Of a DNA stretch of 64,000 bases, positions 30,040 to 39,037 are shown piece after piece. Source of the stretch: a bacterium (GTDB lineage: Bacteria; Patescibacteriota; Minisyncoccia; UBA6257; GWB1-50-10); assembly GCA_021814165.1 (NCBI GenBank), contig JAKAIX010000002.1, positions 136,501 to 200,500 of the forward strand. Direction: 5' to 3'. The position numbers and the translations under genes were made by a program. Each line of letters begins with the position of its first letter. The first letter of the stretch is position 1. The notes beneath the pieces are model-generated. The model was given only the letters and a program-made list of their open reading frames with translations. It was not told where the DNA came from and searched no databases.

Positions 30040-30609
30040 ATGGACAGATTAGTTTTCGATATCGAGACCAAAAACTCGTTCGATGATGTCGGCGGGCGGG
30101 AGAATCTGAAGGATCTCGAAATTTCCGTGGTCGCCGCGTATTCTTACGATGAGGACAAATATTACTGTTTTGAAGAGCACGAACTCGCTTCGCTCGGGGC
30201 GCTCCTGAAACGCGCGAAACTGCTCATTGGTTTCGCGAGCAAGCGATTTGACGTTCCCATCCTCGCGAAATATTTCAATTTTAACGTCGCCTCCATCCCT
30301 CACTACGACATTCTCGAGGAGGTGGAATCAAAACTCGGGCGCCGTATCGGGCTCGGCATTCTCGCTGAAGCGAACGTCGGCGCGGGAAAAACCGGGCACG
30401 GGATGGAAGCGATTGATCTCTATCGTCGCGGGGAGATAGAGAAGCTCAAGGAATATTGTGTGAATGACGTTAAAATTACAAAGGCGGTATTTGATCTCAT
30501 CCGCGAGAAAGGATACCTTTGGATTCCCGAAAGAAACACTTCCCATATGAGGAAACTTGAACTACTTTATAAAGAGGAGGAAGAATCTCCTCAGGGTCAA
30601 CTTATTTAA
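30040..30609 (+). CDS. RNase H-like (YprB/RNase_H_2) exonuclease domain protein
   Basis: Motifs VFDIET, FDVPIL, K.G.G.EAI, YCVNDV. Confidence 0.85.
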   Translation: MDRLVFDIETKNSFDDVGGRENLKDLEISVVAAYSYDEDKYYCFEEHELASLGALLKRAKLLIGFASKRFDVPILAKYFNFNVASIPHYDILEEVESKLGRRIGLGILAEANVGAGKTGHGMEAIDLYRRGEIEKLKEYCVNDVKITKAVFDLIREKGYLWIPERNTSHMRKLELLYKEEEESPQGQLI

Positions 30610-30618
30610 TCTACTGCA

Positions 30619-30912
30619 ATGGAGAAACTGGCAAAAAACAAAATAGTGCTCGCAGTCGTCGTTGTGATCGTCGGTGTGGGGCTCATCGCGGCCTATATCC
30701 CGCTTCTTTTTATTCCTTCTTCGTATGAAGAGCAGCCCCCGACTGAGAACCAGAACGCGCAGCCGATTGCGGAAGCGACTTCGACCCCGCGATCTGCAAC
30801 CTCGACCCCGACATCAACCTCCGCTTCATCGAAAAAATCTCCCGACCCGTTTTCCGGCATCGGAGAGGAGCAGAAATCGTTGAATGATTTGGGGAACCTC
30901 CTGAACCAATAG
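30619..30912 (+). CDS. Small membrane-anchored hypothetical protein
   Basis: N-terminal TM helix and an S/T-rich tail. Confidence 0.6.
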   Translation: MEKLAKNKIVLAVVVVIVGVGLIAAYIPLLFIPSSYEEQPPTENQNAQPIAEATSTPRSATSTPTSTSASSKKSPDPFSGIGEEQKSLNDLGNLLNQ

Positions 30913-30978
30913 CAAGCGAGGGGAAACCGCCGTCATCCGATGGCGGTTTTTCTTCGGTTGTTGTAGATTATAAGAGCC

Positions 30979-32232
30979 ATGAGAGATAAAGAGGTACGAA
31001 AACTTATCGGAAAAGAAGCAAAACGCCAGAATGACACGTTGAACTTGATTGCTTCGGAAAATTACGTCTCAAAAGACGTACGCGAAGCGTTGGGAAGCGT
31101 TTTTGTAAATAAGTATGCTGAAGGATACCCGCACGCGCGTTATTACGGCGGCAATACGTACGTGGATGAAGTCGAGGAGCTCGCAAAGAGAAGAGCGCTC
31201 AAACTTTTTTCCCTTTCTCCGAAGGCGTGGAGCGTAAACGTCCAGCCGTACTCGGGATCTCCCGCGAATCTCGCGGTTTTGCATGCGCTGGTGCCGGTAG
31301 GAGAAAAAATAATGGGGATGTCGCTCGCAATGGGAGGACACCTCACGCACGGACATAAGGTAAGCGTTACGGGGAAACTCTGGGAACAGATTCCTTACGG
31401 CGTGGACAGGGGTACGGAAAACATCGATTACGGGGAAGTAATGCGGATTGCCAAAAAGGAACAGCCGAAACTTATTATTGCGGGCGCGACTGCATATTCG
31501 CGGATAGTGAATTTTAAAAAGATGAAAGCGATTGCGGATGCGGTGGGAGCGTATCTTTTGGTTGATATGTCGCACTTCGCGGGGCTTGTCGCAGGCAAGG
31601 CATATCCTTCCCCTTTCCCCTATGCCGACGCGGTGACTACGACGACGCACAAGACGCTTCGCGGTCCGCGGGCGGCAATGATCTTCTCGCGTAATACCCA
31701 CCCCCCAATTCCCAATTCGAAATTCCTGATTTCCGAACTGATTGATAAAGCGGTATTTCCCGGGCTTCAGGGCGGGCCGCACGAGAACCAAATTGCCGCA
31801 ATTGCGGTTGCGCTTGAGGAAGCGATGAAGCCCGCATTCAAGAAGTACGCAGCGCAGATAGTAAAGAACACCCGTGCGTTTGCGGAAGAAATGAAACGTC
31901 TCGGCTGGCGCGTGATCTCGGGCGGCACTGACACCCACCTTTTTCTTCTCGACACCGCTTCTCGGGGTATCGGCGGGAAAGAAGCGAGCGACGCGCTTGA
32001 GGACGCAGGAATTATCGTAAATAAAAACACCATCCCCTTCGATGAACGGAAACCGACCGATCCGTCCGGAATACGCATCGGTACGGCGGCGCTCACAACG
32101 CGAGGAATGAAAGAAAAGGAAATGAAAGAAATAGCGTTTCTCATCAACGCTGTTTTAGGGGGAATTTCCAAGAGAAAGAAAAATGAGGCGCAAGGAAAAG
32201 TTGTACGGTTATGCAAAAAGTTTCCTGTCTGA
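30979..32232 (+). CDS. glyA: Serine hydroxymethyltransferase
   Basis: Motifs LIASEN, GGHLTHG, TTTTHKTLRGPR, SGIRIGT. Confidence 0.98.
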   Translation: MRDKEVRKLIGKEAKRQNDTLNLIASENYVSKDVREALGSVFVNKYAEGYPHARYYGGNTYVDEVEELAKRRALKLFSLSPKAWSVNVQPYSGSPANLAVLHALVPVGEKIMGMSLAMGGHLTHGHKVSVTGKLWEQIPYGVDRGTENIDYGEVMRIAKKEQPKLIIAGATAYSRIVNFKKMKAIADAVGAYLLVDMSHFAGLVAGKAYPSPFPYADAVTTTTHKTLRGPRAAMIFSRNTHPPIPNSKFLISELIDKAVFPGLQGGPHENQIAAIAVALEEAMKPAFKKYAAQIVKNTRAFAEEMKRLGWRVISGGTDTHLFLLDTASRGIGGKEASDALEDAGIIVNKNTIPFDERKPTDPSGIRIGTAALTTRGMKEKEMKEIAFLINAVLGGISKRKKNEAQGKVVRLCKKFPV

Positions 32233-32260
32233 TCACGTAATTGAGATATTGCCGCAGGTA

Positions 32261-32289
32261 TTGACAGAAGAACATGCGGCAGTTACCAT
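32261..32289 (+). promoter_or_regulatory. Sigma70 promoter of the leader/ATP-grasp operon
   Basis: TTGACA (32261-66), 17 nt spacer, TACCAT (32284-89). Confidence 0.7.
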
Positions 32290-32300
32290 AAAAAATAATC

Positions 32301-32426
32301 ATGAATATCAATCAGAAGAACATTAGCCTCCTTATGCACTATTGCGCCGAGCTCCGTGTCGCGATTGTTACGATTTTTTGGATGCAGGGTTCGGGGGTTC
32401 ATCTAAGTTCTTCTTTCATGAAATAA
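32301..32426 (+). CDS. Putative 41-aa leader peptide MNINQKNISLLMHYCAELRVAIVTIFWMQGSGVHLSSSFMK
   Basis: Short ORF starting just after the promoter and overlapping alternative hairpins. Confidence 0.6.
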   Translation: MNINQKNISLLMHYCAELRVAIVTIFWMQGSGVHLSSSFMK

Positions 32427-32485
32427 ACAGTGACTAAAGAAGTATTGAGATAAGCCTCCGAACGAAACGGAGGCTTATTAATTTG
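32347..32485 (+). promoter_or_regulatory. Transcription attenuator (1:2, 2:3 and 3:4 pairings)
   Basis: ccgagctc/gggttcgg; ttcgggggtt/agcctccgaa; terminator ataagcctccg/cggaggcttat. Confidence 0.7.
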
Positions 32486-32539
32486 CTCTTTCATAAATAA
32501 ATAAACTCATTCATTCATAAATAACGATGGAGGTAGCAC

Positions 32540-34321
32540 ATGCTACGGATTGATCAATCTCTTGCGGAGCAGAAATTCACTGTTCCAAACATCTTCTTCA
32601 CCTTGGCGGGGAACGTAAAAAGCCAGGAAGTTATAGCCGCTCTTACCGGTATTCTGGGGGATAAATGCCGCGTCTTTAAAGACCGGGATGAAATAAAAGA
32701 AGCTTTTCTTGACGGGCACAGTCCCGATGCGGCGGTTGCGATATTCGACGGGTCTCTCTCGAGAGAGTTTTCACCGAAGTCTTCGTCCCGCTCCGTTGAT
32801 AAAGGAGTCATCCCTTCTTGGGCGGGTGGCGCAGAGTGGGGTGTGCTGGTATCGACGAGAATATTGAACACGGAAAGATGCGCGAGGCAGATCGCCGCAG
32901 ATTTCTATAAAAAGTTCAAGGACCGTCTCGACGAAGGAAACTTCCCCTGGGGTTTTCCCAAGAAAAACGAATCGGGACCGAAGCATATACGTCTCTCCGA
33001 CGAGAAGATGGACACTCTACTGGGTAAGTTAAATTCGGTTTCTGCTCCTAATCTATCGGAGATAATTTCGGATACGTCGAAAGCGGTCGAGATCCCGACA
33101 GGATCAAAAATCAGCTGGATTCGTGTCCCGTCATCGCCGATCGGTGTAGAAGGGAATTATCTTAATAGGGTTGTAAATGCCCTCGAGAAGTTCCAGTCCG
33201 CCGGGGCGAAGCTCTTGGTTAAAGACGAAGACGTGAGGAACATGATCCTTGCAGGTGTTGATCTCCCAAGCGATCCGCGTCTCAGTGATTTATACCTGTT
33301 TCCTCCGACCGACCGTTTCTCCGTTTCCCGCCCCGATCTGCATTTCACCGGTTCCGGGCTCTTCGCATCGGAGAACGATGAGATGCCCGGAGGATTTCCC
33401 GAAGCGGTCCACATCGACGAATCGTATGGATTGCACCAGGAAGAATGGCGGCAAACATTCGACTGGCTTACCGAAGAAGGCCCCCTTCTCTTTCTTGTCT
33501 CTCACGAGTGGAGCGGTTGCTATGTGCAAGAAATGAAATGGCTTGCAGATTATCTGGAGAAGAAGGGCTATCCGGTGCTTTTCACCACCACGGAAGATCT
33601 CTCCGGTCTTGTAATAGACAAAGATGAGGTTTCCTATCAGGGTGAGCACGTCGGTACGGTGTGGCGTCAGTTCCCCATCTTTGAGACCACGGGAAAATTA
33701 GCGGATGTAGTTGACGCGGCAAACAAAGGAATCGTTCGTCTGGTTCCCGAGTTCGCTCACTACGGCAATAAGACGTGGTTTTCCGTATTCAGAAGCCACG
33801 CGGGGTACTTCAAGGAGGTCTTGGATACAGAAGAGTTTAACCTCCTTCTCAAAGTGCTTCCCGATTCCCACCTCGTGCTACCGGAGAAACCCGACAATTC
33901 ATTTCCTTTGAATATTGCGGGAATGACGATTGGTTCACTGGGCGCCCTGAAACGCCTCCCTCTTGGTAAAAGGGACGAGTTGGTGATGAAGGTCGCCGGC
34001 GCGAATACGAAGTCGGCAAGGTCGTACGGCGTACTTATGGGGCACGGATTGAAAGACAAGGATTGGATTAATTGGATTGACGAACGTCTTGAGCTTAAGC
34101 AGCCCTTCATCGTGCAGCAGAAACTGAAAACGGAAGTCATAAAACTCCCAGTAAGGAATATTTCCGAAAAGAAAGATGAGCTGTTCCGCTGCAGAGTGCT
34201 GGTTCGTCCTTGGATTGTGAGTGGAAGAGTTGTTTCGGGAATGGCGACAGCGGTTCCATACACTACCGAAAGGGTTCACGGTATGGTAGATATGGCTATG
34301 TCACCTATTTACCTGTATTAA
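32540..34321 (+). CDS. Circularly permuted ATP-grasp / glutathionylspermidine-synthase-like amide ligase with an extra N-terminal domain
   Basis: Motifs SRPDL...ASENDEMPGG, VWRQF, YGNKTWF, LVMKVAG...SYGVLMG, FIVQQ, RVHGM. Confidence 0.65.
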   Translation: MLRIDQSLAEQKFTVPNIFFTLAGNVKSQEVIAALTGILGDKCRVFKDRDEIKEAFLDGHSPDAAVAIFDGSLSREFSPKSSSRSVDKGVIPSWAGGAEWGVLVSTRILNTERCARQIAADFYKKFKDRLDEGNFPWGFPKKNESGPKHIRLSDEKMDTLLGKLNSVSAPNLSEIISDTSKAVEIPTGSKISWIRVPSSPIGVEGNYLNRVVNALEKFQSAGAKLLVKDEDVRNMILAGVDLPSDPRLSDLYLFPPTDRFSVSRPDLHFTGSGLFASENDEMPGGFPEAVHIDESYGLHQEEWRQTFDWLTEEGPLLFLVSHEWSGCYVQEMKWLADYLEKKGYPVLFTTTEDLSGLVIDKDEVSYQGEHVGTVWRQFPIFETTGKLADVVDAANKGIVRLVPEFAHYGNKTWFSVFRSHAGYFKEVLDTEEFNLLLKVLPDSHLVLPEKPDNSFPLNIAGMTIGSLGALKRLPLGKRDELVMKVAGANTKSARSYGVLMGHGLKDKDWINWIDERLELKQPFIVQQKLKTEVIKLPVRNISEKKDELFRCRVLVRPWIVSGRVVSGMATAVPYTTERVHGMVDMAMSPIYLY

Positions 34322-34418
34322 TTTCCTGCGGGTCGGTTCTTCCAACGACCGACCCACAGATATATTTCGTGTTGTTATATGAATACTTGAGGATAAGGTC
34401 GAGTATTCATAACACAAC

Positions 34419-35483
34419 ATGAGTAATAATAAAAAACGTTTTTACGAGTACGGTCTCAACGAGGCCTCTTTTCCGCGTGGGGAAAGAAATAAAATAAGCG
34501 ACGTTTCCGGCGTCCGCGTGGGACACGTAACGAAAGTCGAGGGGGAAAATGTGCGCACGGGGGTGACGATCGTCGATCCGGGAATCAAAGAGCTTTTCAA
34601 AAACAAGATTCCGGGAGCGATCGCGGTCGGGAACGGATACGGAAAACTCACGGGGATTACCCAGGTCGAGGAACTCGGGACGATCGAGGCGCCCGTAGGA
34701 CTTACCAGCATTCTTTCGGTTGGTGCGGTGCTTCAGGGAATCATCGGAGCAGTTTCCGGCCGGGAAGCGCTGGGCTCGATCGATGGCCCGAACGTGATTG
34801 TAGGCGAGGTGAACGACGGATTCTTGAATGGTATACATAAGGGTTCTATCGGAACGGAAGACGTGAAAAATGCTTTTTACAGCCTCACCGAAGATTTTTC
34901 TCTCGGAAATGTGGGCGGCGGAACGGGATCGCGGGGCTTCTCGTGGAAAGGAGGCATCGGAAGTTCTTCAAGAATCGTGGAAGCAGGAGGTAAAAAATAT
35001 ACGCTCGGCGTTTTGGTGCAAACAAACTACGGCGGCTCGCTTTCCATAACAGGCGTTCCCGTTGGAAAGTTGCTCGGGAAGACGGACTTTGACGAATTTC
35101 TCCCCGGCAATTCCGGAGGGTCATGCATGATTGTGCTCGCGACCGACGCGCCTTTTTCCGCGCGGCAATTAAAAAGGATTGCGGAGAGGACGTTTCTCGG
35201 CCTCGCGCGTACGGGATCCGTCATCTCCCCCACGAGCGGAGATTATACTATCGCGTTTTCTACGAATCGAGCCGGCATCGAAGGCACAAACACGAAGGAA
35301 ACATTACTTCCTGATGCGATACTCTACAGGTTTTTTCTTGCTGCGGTAGAGGCCACAGAAGAAGCGGTGTATGACGCTTTATTTGCCGCGGAAACCATGA
35401 AAGGCAGGGACGGGAATGTCCGCGAAGCAATACCGATTGAACGCGTGGTCGAAATTATAAGGTCGTACCGCCATGCCGCGTGA
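34419..35483 (+). CDS. DmpA/P1 (S58) aminopeptidase
   Basis: Motifs ISDVSGVRVGH, GNGYGKLTG..QVEELG, KGGIGSSSR, GS autocleavage GGSCMIVLATDAP, SGDY.IAFST. Confidence 0.92.
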   Translation: MSNNKKRFYEYGLNEASFPRGERNKISDVSGVRVGHVTKVEGENVRTGVTIVDPGIKELFKNKIPGAIAVGNGYGKLTGITQVEELGTIEAPVGLTSILSVGAVLQGIIGAVSGREALGSIDGPNVIVGEVNDGFLNGIHKGSIGTEDVKNAFYSLTEDFSLGNVGGGTGSRGFSWKGGIGSSSRIVEAGGKKYTLGVLVQTNYGGSLSITGVPVGKLLGKTDFDEFLPGNSGGSCMIVLATDAPFSARQLKRIAERTFLGLARTGSVISPTSGDYTIAFSTNRAGIEGTNTKETLLPDAILYRFFLAAVEATEEAVYDALFAAETMKGRDGNVREAIPIERVVEIIRSYRHAA

Positions 35484-36165
35484 ACGAATAGGAATTGTAG
35501 GCGGCATGGGACCGCTTGCGGGAGTTCATTTTCAGAAACTCATTGTTGAAGCTACTCCCGCGAAAAAAGATCAGGATCATCTTGAGGTGGTTTGTTATAC
35601 CAATCCCGGAATTCCGGATCGTACCGCGTCCCTTTTTGAAGACGGAGGTCAAAGGTTTGTCGACGGGATAACAAAAACCCTGCAGGTGTTAAGCGGCGCG
35701 GGAGCGACGCTGGCGGTTATGCCTTGCATCACGGCCCACGCGAAGTTTTCCGATATTTCGGATAGTTCCCCTCTCCCTGTTCTGAACGTTATTCACGCTC
35801 TTGATGAGTATGTAGTCGGCAGATACGGAACGGGGGCAACCGTAGGTATTCTTGCAACGGACGGGACGGTGAAAGGGCGCATATTCGAGATGTCGGGGAA
35901 TATAAAGTGCATATATCCCCCTTCGGAATATCAGCGTGAGATTATGAAATTGATACTCGATATAAAAGCGGGAATGAATTTAACAAAGGCGGCCGATCAA
36001 CTTCTGGAATATGCAAAACACTTCAAGAAAGATAACGTCGATGCGGTGATATTGGGATGTACCGAGTTTTCTCTTTGTCTCGGAGACATCAAAGATCGCT
36101 TGGATATTCCCGTGGTGGATCCTCTTGAAGTTGCGGCAAAAGAAATCGTGAGGCGCTGCTCCTAA
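35473..36165 (+). CDS. Aspartate/glutamate racemase family protein
   Basis: Motifs GIVGGMGPLA, DQDH, IPDRT, PCITAH, ILGCTE (both catalytic Cys). Confidence 0.93.
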   Translation: MPRERIGIVGGMGPLAGVHFQKLIVEATPAKKDQDHLEVVCYTNPGIPDRTASLFEDGGQRFVDGITKTLQVLSGAGATLAVMPCITAHAKFSDISDSSPLPVLNVIHALDEYVVGRYGTGATVGILATDGTVKGRIFEMSGNIKCIYPPSEYQREIMKLILDIKAGMNLTKAADQLLEYAKHFKKDNVDAVILGCTEFSLCLGDIKDRLDIPVVDPLEVAAKEIVRRCS

Positions 36166-36229
36166 TCGTTTACCCTCCTTTGCAGAACGTAATGGATGTA
36201 AATCCAATAAATAAATATAGGAGGAGGGT

Positions 36230-36327
36230 ATCCTTCGTAGCCTTGGCGAAGAAGGATATGCTTCGGAGGATTTCGCCCGACGAAGCACGTGAAGTGACAC
36301 CACGGCCTTATGGCCGTGGGGCTTCAC
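36230..36327. repeat. Stack of three palindromes; the last resembles an IS200/IS605 end
   Basis: atccttcgtagccttggcgaagaaggat; tgcttcg..cgaagca; minus strand gtgaagccccacggccataaggccgtggtgtcacttcac. Confidence 0.6.
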
Positions 36328-36358
36328 ATCGTTTTGCTTTGTTGCTACGATTGAGCCG

Positions 36359-37183
36359 ATGGTGATAGACGGCAGGAAAATCGCGGACGAGCTTCTTCAA
36401 ACGCTTAAAGCAAAGCAGAAAACCGGAAAGTTTCTTGCGGGAATCCTCATCGGCGACGACCCGGCATCATTGAGTTTTTTGATGCAGAAACAGAAAGTTG
36501 CCGAGGAGCTCGGCGTCGATTTTAGGTTATACAAACTTGATACGAGCCTGGGAAACGACAAACTTCGCGAGGAGGTGGGAAAAATCGCACGCCTTGGGAT
36601 GTGCGGCGGCGCGCTCGTCGAGCTGCCGCTTCCCGCTCACCTGAACCGTCATTACATTTTAAATGCCGTACCCCGCGAGAAGGACGTGGATGTCTTGGGA
36701 GAGCGCGCTCTCGGGGCATACTATGCCGGAAGAAATCCGGTTCTTCCGCCCGTTGCGGGAGCCGTCGATGAAATCCTCCGTCGCGCGAACTCCGAACTTA
36801 AGGGAAAACGAGTTGCGATTGTCGGAACCGGATTCCTTATCGGGCGCCCAATTGTGACATGGCTCATGAATAGGGTTGAAGAAATATTCGTGGTACACAA
36901 GGGCAGTGACTTCTCGATTTTGAAAAAAGCGGATCTTGTAATTTTGGGGACCGGCCAGCCGCTCCTTATAACGCCCGACATGATAAGGGAAAAAGCGATC
37001 GTGATCGACTTCGGGTACGGGAAGATTGATGGAAAAATGTACGGCGACTTCGATGCATCGTCGTTGGAAACAGGGGATTGTAAGTTGAAGATCGATTATA
37101 CCCCCGTGCCGGGCGGAGCCGGGCCTATTTTAATCGCCAAACTCTTCGAGAATTTTTTTACACTCGTTGAGCGGCAAAAGTAA
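36359..37183 (+). CDS. folD: Methylenetetrahydrofolate dehydrogenase/cyclohydrolase FolD
   Basis: Motifs IDGRKIA, GDDPAS, LPLP, KDVD, TPVPGGAGP. Confidence 0.93.
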   Translation: MVIDGRKIADELLQTLKAKQKTGKFLAGILIGDDPASLSFLMQKQKVAEELGVDFRLYKLDTSLGNDKLREEVGKIARLGMCGGALVELPLPAHLNRHYILNAVPREKDVDVLGERALGAYYAGRNPVLPPVAGAVDEILRRANSELKGKRVAIVGTGFLIGRPIVTWLMNRVEEIFVVHKGSDFSILKKADLVILGTGQPLLITPDMIREKAIVIDFGYGKIDGKMYGDFDASSLETGDCKLKIDYTPVPGGAGPILIAKLFENFFTLVERQK

Positions 37184-37234
37184 CTGCCGCAAAAAACAAA
37201 AACCCCCGTAGAGGGGCTTTGTTCTATTGGCTTG

Positions 37235-38281
37235 CTATTCGGTTTCAGTGCCGCTCATTGTTCCTTTCTTTTCGGCGGTCTCTTTTGTTTTTCTCTTGAT
37301 TGTTTCCAGGAGTTTTTTGTCCTCCTTTAATTTTTCTCGCACGTTGTCGAATCCGACGCCGAGTTTTTCTCCCTCGAAACTGTAGCTCGCGCCGTTCTTC
37401 TGGATGGAGCCGTACTTGATACCGGTATTCAATACATCTGCCTCGTAGGAAATTCCCTCGCCGTACATAATATCGAACTCGGCTACCTTGAAAGGCGGAG
37501 CAACCTTATTCTTCACTACTTTCGCCTTTACCCTGTTCCCTATTACATCCTCCCCTTTCTTCACTTGCGCGATGCGGCGGATGTCGATTCTGATCGAAGC
37601 ATAGAACTTAAGTGCCATGCCGCCCGTCGTCGTCTCGGGATTTCCGAAAACAATGCCGATCTTCATGCGGGTCTGGTTGATGAAAATGACGATTGTACCC
37701 GACTTGTCCGCGATTGCGGTGAGTTTTCGGAGCGCTTGGGACATAAGGCGCGCCTGGAGCCCCATATGAGATGCGCCCATTTCCCCCTCTATTTCCGCCT
37801 TGGGGGTTAGTGCCGCGACAGAGTCAACGACCACGATATCGATGATCCCCGATCGGACGACGCTTTCTAAAATGTTCAACGCCTCCTCTCCGCTGTCCGG
37901 CTGGGAGATGATAAGATCTTTTACTTTTACCCCGATCCGCGCTGCGTACTCGGGATCGAGCGCGTGCTCGGCATCGATAAACGCCGCCTTGCCGCCTTTT
38001 TTCTGCACCTCGGCAACCGCATGGAGCGCAAGCGTCGTTTTTCCCGAGCTCTCGGGTCCGAAGATCTCGATGATTCTTCCTTTCGGGAACCCTCCCGCTC
38101 CGAGCGCAAGGTCAAGCGAAAACGATCCGGAAGACACCGTTTCTATTCTTTTCGTGTGCTGCGCCTCCCCAAGCTTCATAATGGAGCCCTCGCCGAAGCG
38201 CGACTGAAGCGACTCGATCAAGGAATCAATCGAATCGCCCACCTGTTCCTTTTCTTTTGTTTTTTTATTGTGTACCGCCAT
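37235..38281 (-). CDS. recA: Recombinase RecA
   Basis: Motifs [36 protein letters not shown]. Confidence 0.99.
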   Translation of the reverse strand: MAVHNKKTKEKEQVGDSIDSLIESLQSRFGEGSIMKLGEAQHTKRIETVSSGSFSLDLALGAGGFPKGRIIEIFGPESSGKTTLALHAVAEVQKKGGKAAFIDAEHALDPEYAARIGVKVKDLIISQPDSGEEALNILESVVRSGIIDIVVVDSVAALTPKAEIEGEMGASHMGLQARLMSQALRKLTAIADKSGTIVIFINQTRMKIGIVFGNPETTTGGMALKFYASIRIDIRRIAQVKKGEDVIGNRVKAKVVKNKVAPPFKVAEFDIMYGEGISYEADVLNTGIKYGSIQKNGASYSFEGEKLGVGFDNVREKLKEDKKLLETIKRKTKETAEKKGTMSGTETE

Positions 38282-38933
38282 AATTGTTTACCGTTGATGT
38301 TTCATAAAATATCTGCCTCGTAACCGTGTATGAACTACCGAGCAGCTTCTTAACCTCAAAGGTGAATGTATTAAACCCGGGTTGGAGCGAAACGTCTTTC
38401 TTGAACCCCCCGTCCTTATCGGGATAAATTGTTTCGCCGTTTATCGCAAGCTTGTCGGCGGAATCAATCGACCCTTCAATGGAAAATCGGGGCGATGTTA
38501 CAATGGTCTGATTTTTGTCGAGACCCCGGAGATTCAACTCCGGTTTCCCGAGAAGCGACGGCAGACGGAGGATAAAATACCCCCCGATCACGATGATGCA
38601 TATCGCAATAATCACGACCTTTTTGTCGACGTGCGGCGTGATAAAACGATTGGGAGGAAGCGTATCTTCTCTTCCGGAGCGGCGCAGCTCTTCGTTGTTT
38701 TTGAGATAACGCCGCCATAATTCTTTTCCGTCGATATTCAAAACCTCGGCAACCTTCATAAGGTATCCGTGGATATACGGTGCGGAAGGGAGCTTGTCGA
38801 ATCGCTCTTCGAGAAGCAGTTCGAGCGCCCCTTCGGGAACGCCGCTCAATTGAGAAAGCTTCTCAAGCGTCATTCCTCTTGCTTTGAGGACTTCCACGAT
38901 AAATCCGGAGAGGTTTTTTTCTTCCTGCGCCAT
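38265..38933 (-). CDS. RodZ-like HTH membrane protein
   Basis: HTH...[14 protein letters not shown], a TM helix, and a C-terminal Ig-like region. Confidence 0.8.
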   Translation of the reverse strand: MAQEEKNLSGFIVEVLKARGMTLEKLSQLSGVPEGALELLLEERFDKLPSAPYIHGYLMKVAEVLNIDGKELWRRYLKNNEELRRSGREDTLPPNRFITPHVDKKVVIIAICIIVIGGYFILRLPSLLGKPELNLRGLDKNQTIVTSPRFSIEGSIDSADKLAINGETIYPDKDGGFKKDVSLQPGFNTFTFEVKKLLGSSYTVTRQIFYETSTVNNYGGTQ

Positions 38934-38993
38934 ATGCGTTGGTCGCCAAAGACCATTATAGAACAGGTCGCTCTTTAGGTCGAATAACAAAAT

Positions 38994-39014
38994 TATCGAG
39001 GCCGGGCCTCGATA
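38994..39014. repeat. 21-bp palindrome TATCGAGGCCGGGCCTCGATA (identical copies at 43507-43527 and 63757-63777)
   Basis: Exact matches read directly from the sequence. Confidence 0.9.
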
Positions 39015-39037
39015 GATTGAAGCCCGGTCTCGGGGTT

